A model generated the notes under the pieces. The model had not been told where the DNA came from, searched no databases, and worked only from the letters and a program-made list of their open reading frames with translations. The position numbers and the translations under genes were made by a program. A stretch of 61,731 bases of DNA, counting the filler, from Circinaria calcarea (lineage: Eukaryota): assembly GCA_051942165.1 (NCBI GenBank). It is 12 parts of 12 records of this genome, joined end to end, with 100 filler letters (N's around TTAATTAATTAA, not from the genome) between each part and the next. Parts side by side here need not be neighbours in the genome. Positions count along the whole stretch, not along the records: positions 36,106 to 41,157 come from JAVECS010002069.1; positions 41,258 to 46,305 come from JAVECS010002070.1; positions 46,406 to 51,449 come from JAVECS010002071.1; 9 more parts are not named here. One strand, 5' to 3'. Positions 37,192 to 50,447 of this stretch are shown piece by piece. The stretch's first letter is position 1. Each line of letters opens with the position of its first letter.

Positions 37192-39923
37192 TCACAACCC
37201 AAAACTAACGACGTCCAAACACCTTTCATGCATGAGCTGGATCCAGTCCACATCCCTGGCGTGACCCACAAGAGCCACGCTCGCGTTCTGCTTTTCATAA
37301 ACCGCCTGGAGCAACTTCCTCGTCGCTCTCGTGTTGTTCCCAATACTCTCTTGTTCCATGGTGGTAATCAGGTCCAGGGCCAGCATCTTGTCGGTGCCTG
37401 ATGTAGCCGCAAATCCGGCGATGAAAATGGGAAAAACAATGAATCGATAGTCAAACTGCCTGCGTTGTATAATGTCGCTAGCAAGCGCGAGGATTTCGGA
37501 AGAGCATTGCATGACTTCGTTACCGGGGCTGGGAGGGGAGTCCACTTGCTGAGTGGCCCACATGCAGGTATAAGAATAAATGATGCACAGTCGATATAGC
37601 GTGTATGACTGTGTCTCTTGTCAGTATCGGGCTTGAAGTGAAATAATCGCCGCGTCGCAGCGTGGCTCGATGTCTATTAGAGTATCCCGATAAGTAAAAA
37701 GGGGGAGGAAATATAGAGAAAGAAGGATCTACCATACATTTTCGAAAACCCCCCGGGCACGCTCTGGCACATGATGGCTTTTGTAGTGAGATGTCAGTTG
37801 GGCGGGCAATTGGTTATTCCATGCTCGCCTGAACCTCTCCCGTAGCTCTAAAACTTGCTGTTGTCGGTTTGTTATTTCTACCCGCAAAGTAGCAGCTTGT
37901 GAATAATCGCTGCCGATCCGTCGTAGATTATTTTCACGTATATCTCGAGCCAGATGTCCGAGATGAGCTGCAAGGATGGAGATTGCCCGATTCACCTCAA
38001 GAATAGATAGGACGAGTTCCGTGTCTGCGTATTGAACCCCACTTAACTCGGTTAAGCCAATTGCTAGAGGGTGTTCGCTGGCTGCCGGGATAAGGTTACT
38101 TCTCAGCATAGCTTCAACAAAGTTCCCATTGCCGCTACCACTCAACAAGGCATTGATGTCGATCATGCACACCTGCCAGATGATGAACGGGTATGGCTCC
38201 GTCCCGTAGAGACTGTGTCTTGTCGGGGTGATTCGAAGTAGTTGAGCCAAGTGCTGAGACCAGAGACTTGATCCCGTAGGCTCTGCGGCAGCAATCTGAG
38301 AACGTGGTCAGTACAGACACACCTCGACGTATCTCTTTGTCCTACCTCGTAGACTAACAGCACAAAGTGCGTCAGAAAGGCTCCACTGGATGCCAAATCT
38401 TGTGACGTTCGGAAATTTTTCTGTAACGGGAGTAGAGCCTGTTCGTAATGCTGGAGAGCATCCATTGTTGATATGCCTCCTCTGTGAGCTAAGCTGAGGG
38501 CGGACAAAGCCATAAGCGCGTGAAACAGCTAGGTCAGATATCAATTAGTCAACTTAGCACCATCGATGTAGCGTATGAGACGCAGAGGCAGCCACCGGAC
38601 GCATAACCAACAAGTGATGCCTCCAGAATATATGGTGTCTTACCGGAGGGAAAGCCACGGCCTCCCGTTCAAACATGTCATCTGACATCGACGGGTTGGT
38701 GATTCCCGAAATACCTACGGACGCCTGGTTACATGGTATGAGATGTTGCCGTATGCTCGACCTATAATGAGATAGCAGGTTGGCTTCATGTCGATTAGGG
38801 CTGACTTCCGCAGTGTGGCCTTGCCTTTGAAGGGAGTCGAGTGGTAATTCCCGCCTGCTCGTTTGTGCCGCAAACCGAGTTGGTAGCGAGGTTGGAGTAG
38901 GAGGCGATATTCGATCAGTGTCCGGACGATTTGAAGGTAACGGTTTTAACGGGGTTTCCTCAAACTTGTCAAGGATCACTACATTCGGATCCTGCGTGAA
39001 GTACGCCTGTGTCTCTTGGCTGCTGTGGGTGCCCCATACCAGACTCTGCTGCATGTAGCCAGCGGTGGAGATGCTGTGCCTCCGAGTCGACTCATCTTTG
39101 GACAGTTGATATTCTTCGAGATCTGCGAAGCTTGCATCGGTCAGGACCACAAAGTACGTCCCTGGCAACTGGAACTCGGCCTTCCGCTCTCGATCCTCAT
39201 CATTCACCAACGAAGCAAAAACCGGCAGGTCATCCCCCTCCGGATCATTCTTCTGACGCCCTTCGGTCCGTAGTCCTAATGCAGCTGTTGATTAGGCAGT
39301 TTAGCTTCATGAGCGTGCGAAAGTTAGCAACGACCTACGATCCCAAGTTTGGTTCCCTGTTGCCGCCGTTCTCATATATCTCCCGACGTACTTTGGTGTT
39401 TCGTCTTTAAAGGACAGCCTGGGACTGTAGTCGCACGCGTGTCCTAAACGAATGCATTGCTACCGCCACCAAAAGTCAAATCTCACGACGGATTGAGCAG
39501 ATAGCACAGGCAACTAACATTGCATCTTGGCGTAACTTCATCACACCTGGGTAGTAAATTGGCGGTAAGTAGAGCAGTGGACGAAGCAAGGGAAGAGATG
39601 AGAATCACGAACTTGACTTTGCGTGTCTAGACACTGTCAGTTAGCCCGTTCCGCTTGCTACCGCTATCACCATCACCAAGCTTACCCGACAAGTCCTGTG
39701 CAAGCTGCCGTCAGCGGAAGCCGTCGACAAGAAGGTCAGTGACTTACCAACATCCGTTCCGCGACCTGGGAGGCAACCGGGTGCGCGGAAGGTCCGTCAC
39801 GGTTGAGGGCGGGAGAGGAGAGCGCTGAGAGACCACAAACGACGGAGGTTGCTCATCCCGCGGTGCGATGGTTGGGAGTCGACCAGTCGACCGCCTTGAC
39901 AACAAGCCACGCCTGCTTTGCAT
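37192..39923 (-). CDS. Zn(II)2Cys6 transcription factor with fungal-specific C-terminal TF domain
   Basis: Spliced RSRNGCW|TCR|TRKVK|CDEVTPRCN|QCIRLGHACDY, followed by exons with AFLTHFVLLVYE, IIWQVCMIDINALLSGSG and FPIFIAGFA. Confidence 0.9.
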
Positions 39924-40698
39924 TTGCGGCTAGACCAGTCGTCATTAGTACTAGCCCATCCGTGTGAATTAGAGTCGAGGCGGAACCAAAGGTGTACGGT
40001 GCTAGCAGCAGTGTCCCTTCATTCGTTGGTGGGCATGATGATTCGTATATCTGATACCACTGGATCTCGGGGAGAATCGATTTTCACGGCTGCTGACCGG
40101 CTCTCCAGGCAGTGCTTGGCCAGACACACTGCCACAGATGAGAATATATGGCCATTTGAACCCAGATATTGCACCCGGCTGGATCTCTGTAGCAGCCGAA
40201 CGCGGTGGACGGCAAAACCTTCACCATCTGGAGGAAATACAAATCATTCAACATGCCCATCATTGGTGGTTACGTGAACTAGTGCCGAAAGGGGGCATAG
40301 AACTGAAGATTCTGCGGCCGATGTCATTATCAACCCAGACCAAGCCGCTCCCATGTGGCCATTTCCTGTGGCGACCCCGGTTGAAACGAGTGCAGCTTGG
40401 CCCATTTGCCGACACCATAAGCAGCCCGATGAGCAGAAGAAAAGCACAGAAATAAAAGGGATGCCCGGCCCATCTCTTTGGGTATAGGGTCAGGCGAAGA
40501 GTGCCAGATGTTTGGGACTACTCGGGGCCTGCATCCGTAGCGGTAGCAAGGCTGACATTAGCTGCACCCAGCACGACCGATGGAGGGAGCTCGGGGCCAA
40601 TCCGGGAGTAATTTCCTCAACATCAGCTGTTACCAACTGTCTGGGTGACCGCATGGGTCCCATCTATCCTCTCCGCCGCCACCTGTTGGCGTCATGTA

Positions 40699-41157
40699 CC
40701 TAAAAATGCTGGAATCGGCCGGATGAGGTAAGAAAAAGGGACTGATCCGCTAGGCTGCCTTCCCCTTGGAGGCTTGAGACTCGCGGACGACATGACCGAT
40801 TTCTTTCGTGTTCTAGCCACCTTCCACTGTGGTCGGGGGCTTCGGCTGACGCCGGGACCGGGGGGCGTTGTTCGGAGAGCGGTGACCAGGGGTGGGAGAG
40901 ATCATCTCGCGTGGCTTTTCGTAATGGCCACGTTCCATTGGCGCCCAGCCCGCTCTCGATAGCCTGAGCTTCTCGACTCTTGCGGCGATCGCTCTTCGTG
41001 CGGTGCAAGCCTCGAGACCTGCCAAGACCGGCGAGCCATGTGGCATGCATATTATATATAGGAATCGGGCCGGCCACGGAAAGCTACCAAGGGGAAGGCA
41101 GCCTAGCGGATCAGTCCCTTTTTCTTACCTCATCCGGCCGATTCCAGCATTTTTAGG
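40699..41157. repeat. Perfect 71-bp inverted repeat (40699-40769 / 41087-41157) ending at the contig end
   Basis: CCTAAAAATGCTGGAATCGG...TCCCCTTGG and its exact reverse complement, separated by a 317-bp spacer. Confidence 0.93.
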
Positions 41158-41257
41158 NNNNNNNNNNNNNNNNNNNNNNNNNNNNNNNNNNNNNNNNNNN
41201 NTTAATTAATTAANNNNNNNNNNNNNNNNNNNNNNNNNNNNNNNNNNNNNNNNNNNN

Positions 41258-42202
41258 CGAGTCTTATTGCGAAAACCGTCAGCAAACGTCTTCTCAAGGA
41301 GCATGCCGGTAACAACTTCGGCAAGAGTGTAAGACTCCGTTCCCTCTCGATATTTCGATAACATGCTAAAGAAACTGCGTAGGATCCAATGTTCGATCAT
41401 ATGGAGGTTCTCGATGTGAATGGAAAACCAACCGGCAAGGTCATCAAGCAAAAGAAACCCATTCCCCCAGGCATTTCAAAGCACGACGAGAAAATCCTCA
41501 ACAAAGTCAGACGGCGGGCACATAGGCTTGATGAGAGCTTCAATATATGTGGAATCAAATTCGGGGTAAGCAGTGTTATTGGCCTCATACCTGGGTAAGT
41601 CTTCCCATCCGACTAGAAAATCCATGCGACCCGCTGAACTCTGCGGTAGTCTGGGAGATATCTTCGACGTTCTCATGGCAATGATGGTGCTCAATACATG
41701 TAGAAGGGTTGAAGGTGGCCTTGACAAGGCAACAGGGAGTAAAATGGTTATGAACATTGTCGTCGATGCCTTTATCGGCCTGGTCCCGTTGCTTGGTGAC
41801 ATCGCCGATGCGCTGTTCAAGTGTAACTCCAGGAACGCTGTTCTCCTCGACGAATTTCTCACTGCTAGGGGCAAAGCAAATCTTGCTGCCATGGGTTCCT
41901 CCGGCTCTGCGACCAACCAAAGCTCACAACACCGACCCATAAACCAGCAACCGATTCGCGCGGATGACATGAAATACTCTGGCAACAGCGAGAAAACAAA
42001 CGATAGCCCAGCACCTCGTTACGAAACTGCATCCGACGGACGAGATGTCCACAGTTCCAGTCGTCCTACTGCACCTAAGTCGGCAAAGCTCGGGAAGAAA
42101 AGCTACGGGGATATATTCTCTGACAAATACAAAAGCTGGCGTGGCGGCGACAGAGATCTGGAAAAGGGGGAGGCAGCTCCTCCACAACCTCCAAAGCATT
42201 AA
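41258..42202 (+). CDS. DUF4112-domain membrane protein (first codons lost)
   Basis: RRRAHRLDESFNICGIKFGVSSVIGLIPG|LGDIFD...MVMNIVVDAFIGLVPLLGDIADALFKCNSRNAVLL; two introns. Confidence 0.85.
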
Positions 42203-42732
42203 GTACGATGGCAAGACCGTGTTGGCTGATTGATTTGGCATCTGGTTTTCTGATTTCTGAGCGGGAATGAGGACAATGAACAGTAGTGTATAAATGCTGT
42301 TTTCTGATGAGGCATGTTTTAGCGATGATAACCCCGGTGGAGCGTGCGTTTTGCGAATGATACCAAGCCGGGCTATGCGTTTATACAAAGTCACCCATGG
42401 ACGCCATTAGAAATAGATGGAAATGAATAATCTCACTCTTCAATTTTCCCCATGTATGGGTCCGTTTAAACCAATGATGAGATGAGCTTCTAATCTCAAA
42501 GGCCGTTGAATATACTAATCTCCCCCCCCCCCCAAAAACCACCTAAACCCAAGTAATCGTACATTGACATTGTGTTGCACGAAGTCTGTCCAGGCTACCG
42601 TCTTATAAGTCTCCACAGGCGGACTCCGGAAGCTAACCAAAGCTTCGACAACGACAGACAGTGTCGCAGTGATGTACAGCTTGATGATAGAGAAGCTACA
42701 GACCTTTAAAGGTACATACCACCTATACGCAA

Positions 42733-43966
42733 TTACACAAAATCTTCCCGGCGGAGAATGGACCTCGCGCATCCGTAGCACGCTTTCGTGCTTTGTGCGG
42801 CCTCCGGACACTGTTCGGCTGGCTGAACCGAGACGCTTTCTTGATCACCGCCCCATCCATGAAGGCCCTGTGCATCATCATCCATGGGTAGACCACAGAT
42901 ATTGCACGAGCTAGTTGTAGTAGATGCAGTGTACCGATGCGGAGCTTCTAATCTGCTCGACGTTCGAACCACGTTGGCAACAACGCTGGGGAAATTCTCC
43001 TCGACCGAGTGGAAATATTGGCTCATCAGGTCATCAATGGTTGTGTCCTTTGACGACGCTGAGACCGGACGGGAAATTGACTGCTTCACAATTAACGAGG
43101 TCAATGGCGGATCAGTCAATGTCGCGTATGTCGTGATTTCTTTCCTCAGGAGATCCCTCATAGGAAAGTTGAATGTAACCCCATGTGGAGAAGGACCATC
43201 AGCAGTCTGCCATGGCAAGGAATAGCCCCTGCCTTTGGCGGTCTCAGACAATGTCTTCTCGGCGAGTCGAGTTGTGGAATCGCCCCACGTAATGTAGTCG
43301 CATCCTTTCTCTTTAGCAAATTCGACGACAATACGGGTACGGAGTATGTTGATCAAATCAGTCTTGGACGTGACTGATGGCAAGGATGCTAGGAAAGATT
43401 TAAATCGCTCGGTATTTGAACTTGAGGTTGGCAGGTTTAAGTGTTCATCAGGTATGCCAGAAGAACTCCAGTGCAAGCTATCTGAAGAATTAAGATAAGT
43501 GAACACGTCTTCGAGCGGAACAGCCGAGTATGTGTTTGATGGATACATTTCTTCAACTAAATTAAGATATCGTACTCCCGAAGTTTGCTCGTCAATAGAG
43601 CTATGGTCGACAAACAAAACATGGAGCTCATATCCTGTACGGCTAGTTCGCTTTCTCTGGATATGTAGCTGCTGATCAAGAACATGAAGTAGACTTATTG
43701 AAGAGACTCCAAGAGACAGAGGGAGTAGAACCTTCATCTGCTTGGCTTGGGAGTCTCCCCGTACTTTGAAATTATCCATACGTTTGATGATTTTACTCGT
43801 AACATAATTCATGAAGCATCCTCTATCAGATTATCAGAAAGAGCCGTCCTGTTGTAAAGGAGCCTTACCGGCATAGGTGCTCTGTCCTCACTAACAGCGT
43901 AGCTATTGATACCTTGCATCGAACACATAATCTGGTGGACATGTCTTGCATGAACCTTCCAGGCAT
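42733..43966 (-). CDS. NCS2: Cytoplasmic tRNA 2-thiolation protein 2
   Basis: N-term CVRC..LC|xCF, LLPLSLGVSS, WGDSTTRLAEKTLSETAKGRG, FPMRDLL, ENFPSVVANVVRTSSRL and C-term CYGCAR. Confidence 0.92.
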
Positions 43967-44363
43967 AGAGGTGATCTTTGTCGTTGACCTGTAGTATTGA
44001 TAGACTATTCGTGAGGCACGCCTCTATTCGGCCAAAAGATTGAAGTCTTTTAGAAGTTAGAACACAATGTGATGGTCCGTGCAGCGGGAGATCACCGGTG
44101 TAGTGTTTGGCTGGGCTAAATAAGCTTGGTAAGGCGGAGGACCAGGGCAACTTTACCGGGCTGTGTTCGTGTCCTGTCTACTCATATAAGGTGGAACTGT
44201 CGCCCTCGATTCCCTCTATGCTCTCCAAGCTACTATTTGCTTCATACGAGCGCCCACTACTCTCACACCCTTTAAATTCGACAAGCCTGAGTGCTTCTAC
44301 GATTCTCAATCCCGAAAGAGCCTTAAAGAAGTGCGCTCTGGAGACCCGGTGGTGAAGGAGGCA

Positions 44364-46305
44364 ATGAAGAAGTGGCTCCAAGCCCTGTTGGGTGTGGCAT
44401 GTGCTATCTCACTTGCCAGAGCAGGGGAGCTTGAGATTGTCTGCAAATTTCAGTCCCTGCCTCGAGCCTCCTGGCTAACTTACTCCTAGACACAAGAGGA
44501 AGCAAAACGAGAGCGGTGTAATGGCATGTACAGCAAGAACTCGTGGGGTGGTTCCGTAGATCCGTTTGTCCTTACGCGATTCGACAATTCCACGTTGCAA
44601 GGAGACGCAGATGCTATGGTCAGCTTCGTCGTTTTCGAATGGCACGATGAGCCTCTTCTTGGAGTGTATGACATGCCGGGTGATTTGTCGGTATGGACCT
44701 TAAAATCAATCCTTGAAGTGATTGGCGGATTGCTTACGATGGATGAACAGAAAGAAATGATCTGTTATGATGAATTTGTCAAAGAGGGCTACTGTAATTC
44801 AACCCAGCTGGGCCAATTCATCGTACAACCCAATGCAACGGCAATCTCCCGGAATCCAATCATTACGCAGAAGATCGACCTCAAGAACCCCACTCCTATC
44901 AAATACATGGTCAAGAAAACTGGCTACTATTGTGTTTGGACCTGGAGTTATTCGCAATCAGACTATAAGGGTGTCGTAGAATTTAGGAACGCATACGGCG
45001 AACTCCCGGCTGCCCAAATCCCCAAACTGCCGTTTTATGGTGGATTGAGCATTGTATATGCAGTCATTGGGGCGTATGTATATTTCAATACGTTGTCGGA
45101 TGCTGCTCACTGACCGACTACAGACTTTGGGCTTTCTTATATGTCCAGAATCGACATGATATATGTGAGTACTACCTGGCCACTCATGGGGGCCCTTCGG
45201 CTAAACCTCTACAGTACCGGTGCAGAATTACATTACAGCCATCCTTGTCTTCCTGATCGTGGAGCAGCTGATGACCTGGGGCTATTATGGTGAGAGGTTC
45301 CCTTCTAATTCTCTTATCTGCACATCAGCTTAGTGATTGCAGATTACCAGAACCGCCACGGTAACAACGCCGTCAACAAGGTGCTGATGATCATCACCGC
45401 GATCCTGAACGCAGGCCGTAACTCATTCTCTTTCTTCCTTCTCCTGATCGTCTGCATGGGCTACGGGGTTGTAAAGCCCAGTCTCGGCAAAGTAATGCTC
45501 TATGTCCGCATTCTAGGCATTGCGCACTTCTTCTTCGGCGTCATTTACGGCATTGCCAGCTTATCCATCACACCTGATAGCGCAGGCCCGTTGGTTCTGC
45601 TAGTCATCATGCCCCTAGCAGGCACCTTGACAGCCTTCTACGTCTGGACTCTCAACTCCCTAAATCTAACAATGAAAGACCTCCTGGACCGGAAACAAAA
45701 TGTCAAAGCCCTCATGTACAAGAAGCTCTGGTGGTGTATCCTTGGCAGCATCATGGTTATCTTCGGCTTCTTCTTCTTCAACTCCTTCACCTTCGCCTCC
45801 CGAAGAGACATCGACTTTGTGCCCAACCACTGGAAAACCAGGTGGTTCATCCTCGATGGGTGGCTGAATCTGGTCTACCTCTTTGACATCGCATTTGTAG
45901 CTTACCTCTGGCGACCGACCGCCAATAACAGAAGATTTGCCATGAGCGACGAAGTAAGCCCCCCCCAAATCCATATTCCCCATCTTTCCTACAAAAACTA
46001 ACCATCATCCAACCTGCGCAGCTCGCCCAAGACGACGACGGCGGCTTCGAAATCCGCTCCTTTGGCGGCTCCCTCGACGACGACGAAGAAGACGCCCGTT
46101 CCCCATCGCAAGCTCCCACCGCCAAGACCGGCGGTGTCAACGGCGGTCTCGCATCCATCCCCCCCAAACCGGTCAACGACCGGCGTTCCCTGGACGGCGA
46201 GACCATCTTTGCCGTCGGCGAGGAGGGCGATAAGTGGTCGGAGGATGAGGATGAGGAGGACGAAGGGAGGGATTCAATGGAGAGGAGGGGGCTTAGGGGA
46301 AAGGG
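44364..46305 (+). CDS. PTM1: Ptm1/GPR107-like (GOST) seven-transmembrane Golgi protein, 3' truncated
   Basis: Signal peptide, CNGMYSKNSWGGSVDP, KTGYYCV, FRNAYGELPAAQIPKLPFYG, LNAGRNSFSFFLLLIVCMGYGVVKP and WRPTANNRRFAMSDE. Confidence 0.9.
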
Positions 46306-47629
46306 NNNNNNNNNNNNNNNNNNNNNNNNNNNNNNNNNNNNNNNNNNNNTTAATTAATTAANNNNNNNNNNNNNNNNNNNNNNNNNNNNNNNNNNNNNNN
46401 NNNNNATTGCACGATTCAAGAAGACTGTAGCAAATGTCACCTATATTGATGCGGGAGAATTGCGGATGGGATGGAAGCGGAAGGCTGCTTCCGCATTGCT
46501 GGCAGTGCAGTAGACGGGAGAGACGGATGAAGGAGAGAATTCTTGAGAGTGGCGAGTGTACCCAAACCTGATCCGTCCAACACCTCCCTAGAGGACACTA
46601 GGGCATTGTACAGTAAGCCACTGAGCAGCGCAATCCACGCATTTCACCTTCCTGAGCATATTGCTTATGATCTGTAATCAGTAGACGGTGCGTGATGGAA
46701 GCTTAGTGTCCAACCCTAGTGGCATGCGCCAGTTCTCGTCCACGACAACAGATTGCTGTCGGGGAATTTGCGATTTCGGTTCTGGTGCTGGTGACTAATC
46801 TGTCCCTGCATTTCGAGCAATCCTATGACCGGCATCCGGAGCAGCCCTGAATGCTTGATTCATCCGTGAGCAATGTCACACGCAGCGGTAGAAGAACAGA
46901 GTAACTCGGTCCAGCAAGCGAGATCTCCATTCTGGCCAAACCTTAGGATAGCCCATCCAAATCTCCGAGGGGCGACCGGTGGATCCGATTCTTGCAGCGT
47001 AAGCAACTTACCACCCTAAGACCATTGAAGTTCAGAGGTCGTAAACGGCATCTGCCCCGTGGGGGGTCACTCTCGGGGTTGTCTAGCCATACTCACAGAT
47101 ACAATTGCCGCTGTATTCACAGTCACAGGGAGACAGACCCTAATTTACCATCGGGCTGATCCTAGCCCTCGCCTATCTCTGAACTAGAAAAGCAGACACA
47201 CCATCCGGAGAATGCATCCATTACCTGCCCGGAACCGTTCGGGATAAATCTTGACTATAGCGTGCTATTATCCTGCACTTTACCTCGCATTCTTTACTAA
47301 GGGCGGGGAGGGGGTACATGATTGCTTTTGGTAGAGTAGACCATTAGTGTATCATGTCTAGAAGACTGTCAGATGGTACAACAACAGAGGGCAACTCGTA
47401 TCATGAAGGAGTAAAAGTGCATATGTGTAGGCCCGGTCTTTGGTATCCTTGTTTGAAAGTCTCATTGTGCATCGGCAGCTACCTCGTACTTGAGCTATGG
47501 CACAGTTTGCAACGCAATCCCTTGGTTGAACCGCCGGGTCCTCCACTGGCTAGTCTTGCCTTCCTGGATGGCTGGCGTTTTGGGACGGCCATACCGTTAG
47601 ACTCGAATCCTGAACTCCTATGGAACGGC

Positions 47630-48784
47630 TTATTTCAGGGTCGTCCCGGATAGTTGGAGAAAGTGGGACTTACCTCCGCGTTGGAAAACGTTCGCCCTTC
47701 CTTTCCCAGCCCACATCAGTCCCCTCTGACTTCTCCTTTCTCGATGATAAACCCTTGCTTGCCGGAGCTGAGCAAGCTTCCGGTTCCCAGGTTTGGCGAA
47801 AAGGCTCCATGCTGCGAGTCTGGAGTGATCCCAGACACTGGAAGCCCACTCTTTCAACTCAGCTTTCCACTGGCGGTGTCCAAGCAGGGGCTGTCGCTTG
47901 GGTGGTCGGGTTAGAGCATCAAATGTAGGGGCTAAGGCCGGCGCCGCGGTCAACTTGACTACCAGCTCTTTGAATTCGTCATATGCCGTCGACGGCAAGA
48001 GCTGGCGCACCCTTTCCAGACCGGACGAGAGTATATCCACCTCTTTGGGGTCGGGGTGGCTCCGTCTCAAGCATACTTCGATCATGTGTACTCCGTACAA
48101 AACATCATGCAAGACTACCTGTCTGTATGGTGTGAACATCCGTTCGAAACAGTAACAGAGAATAAATTCCCGATGCTCAAGTTGCCATGACGGCATTGTA
48201 CGTAGAGACTGTATGATCTGTCCCGAGGGCGAATCCGCTTCTATCTCGTATTCGCTCAAGTACTTGTAATGGTGCAAGTAGCGTCTACGACAAGATAGGT
48301 TGCGGTAGAGTTCCAGTCGATAAAAGGCGCGATTCAGCCTATGTACCTCTATCCCAGAAGGAGGCCATTGATTGAGATCGGGTAGGTTTGAGATTGAATC
48401 TTGTAATAGTAATGAAGTGCAATATTCCGTAGTGAAGAAGACTACATGAGAGTGCATCTCACTGAGACAGATAGCAGCGGAAAGAGTGGCGGGTGTCTTC
48501 GACTCCCCAAAACCTAGCATCCTTCGTTCCTTCGACACGACACTGGCGGAATGGAGAGAGGGATCAGGGTACCATGGCATGGTTGATGAAATGTACACTG
48601 CTTCGGCGTCGGGCTGTACATCAACGGGTATCTCATTCTGGAGGACATTGCTGAGAACCAAAGGTTGGGCGCTGGCGAACACACGATACATTTGCGAAGA
48701 TGCCTGAATAAGAGAACACAATGTAGGAATGTCTGTTAGAGCGCACAGCACCTCGAGCTTCATCTCAGCCGGAAGAGCATCCAT
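47630..48784 (-). CDS. Fungal hypothetical protein with F-box-like N-terminus
   Basis: MDALPAEMKLEVLCALTDIPTLCSLIQASS...EVHRLNRAFYRLELY; intronless 384-aa ORF. Confidence 0.65.
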   Translation of the reverse strand: MDALPAEMKLEVLCALTDIPTLCSLIQASSQMYRVFASAQPLVLSNVLQNEIPVDVQPDAEAVYISSTMPWYPDPSLHSASVVSKERRMLGFGESKTPATLSAAICLSEMHSHVVFFTTEYCTSLLLQDSISNLPDLNQWPPSGIEVHRLNRAFYRLELYRNLSCRRRYLHHYKYLSEYEIEADSPSGQIIQSLRTMPSWQLEHREFILCYCFERMFTPYRQVVLHDVLYGVHMIEVCLRRSHPDPKEVDILSSGLERVRQLLPSTAYDEFKELVVKLTAAPALAPTFDALTRPPKRQPLLGHRQWKAELKEWASSVWDHSRLAAWSLFAKPGNRKLAQLRQARVYHRERRSQRGLMWAGKGRANVFQRGGKSHFLQLSGTTLK

Positions 48785-49015
48785 CTTGGATGCTGGGACG
48801 TGAATTTGAAAGGAAAGATTTCTTAGATAATCAGATGTGCGGATTTCTACTCAAAAGGTATCCAGTTGATGAACGTCGATGCAATGTGGTAGACGCTAGC
48901 TAAGCGAAGCCCTGCATGATTAAACATAAGAAATCGGCCGAAAGACAATCACTCACTTCTAATATCGATACTCCATACACCCACTATGCTGTACACAAGA
49001 GTGGTATTGGGCTTC

Positions 49016-50331
49016 CTACTCCTTGACCCAGACAGCAGCCATACCCATACCCGTCCCAACACACATGCTTGTAACACCAACCTTCTTCCCTGAGCGGCCT
49101 AGCTCGTTGAACAGGGTGGACACCTGCCTTGCCCCGGTACAACCCAGTGGATGACCAAAGGCAATAGCTCCACCATTGGGGTTCACTTTGTTCTCGTCCA
49201 AACCCAGTTCCTTAACACACCAAACACATTGGCTAGCAAATGCCTCGTTGATCTCCCAAACATCAACCTCGTCCTTGGCAATACCAGCTTTTTCTAGCAC
49301 CACTGGAATTGCTTTCCACGGTCCGATCCCCATCAACAGCGGCTTGACGCCCACGACAGCACTGGCCACAAATTTACCTACAATTTTCTGTCCTAGCCTT
49401 TCCGCTGTGCTCCGCTTCATCAGAAGGACTGCTGCAGCTCCGTCGCTGATTTGGCTCGCGTTGCCAGCATGAATACTCCCATCCTTTGCAAAGGCAGGCT
49501 TTATCTTTGCTAAGCTCTCGGCTGTGATTCCGGCCCTGATACCATCATCTTTATCAACTGTGATCGTCTTCTCCTCATCCGTCTTGGGATCTACATATTT
49601 CACTGTTAATGGTGCAATCTCCTCGTCAAATTTCCCCTCCTGTTGTGCTTTCAACGCCCTCTGATATGACCGGGCAGCGAACGCGTCTTGCACATCTCTT
49701 GATATGTTCCTATCTTTCGCCATCTTTTCGCTCAAGACTCCCATGGGGACCTTGCAATTTTTCGCTTCAGGATGTGAGTCTAGAAGTTCCGAGAACTCCG
49801 TCACAGCACCAGGCCCGTATTGACTGGACATGGACTCAACACCTGAGCCAATACCAATATCGATCATACCCGCATTTATAGCATTGGCAATATCGACGCA
49901 TGCCTGGAGGCCACTGGAACACTGTCGGTTGAGAGACTTTACAGCGGTACTTTCTGGGAACCCAGCAACAAGTGCAGCAGCCCGGAACTCAGTTGCACCT
50001 CCACCTGGAGGTAGGACAGAACCGACAGCGATATCCTCAACAAGAAACGGGTCGATACCGGAGCGAGATATTAGGGATTTAAAGGCGTGAACTAAAAGGT
50101 CTGCTGCGGCAGTGTCCTTAAGGCCTCCTTTACCACCGCGGGTGATGGGTGTACGAAGAGCACAGGTTACGACGATATCATTTGGAGATTTGGACAGTAT
50201 GGATTCTCGCCCACGAGGAATGTCAGCCTCAGAAGATGCAAGGTGAGACGTTACTTGAGAGAGGCGTTGCTGAGCTGTGAAGGTGTCAGCAGTGAAAGCA
50301 TGGATGAGTAGTGACACGTACCCCTCGACAT
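49016..50331 (-). CDS. POT1: Peroxisomal 3-ketoacyl-CoA thiolase with PTS2
   Basis: The true start is MSR|AQQRLSQVTSHL (RL-x5-HL PTS2) after a short intron. Motifs: NRQCSSG catalytic Cys, NEAFA, GGAIAFGHPLGCTG, SMCVGTGMG. Confidence 0.95.
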
Positions 50332-50447
50332 TTTGTGTGATGACAGTTTTGGGACGATTTAGGTACCGTTTAGCACTTGAAAAGCTCAGAAGTGGAATAA
50401 GTGAAGCTGAAAGGAGTGGAGGTAGGTGGTAGAGAATGGGCAACTGA

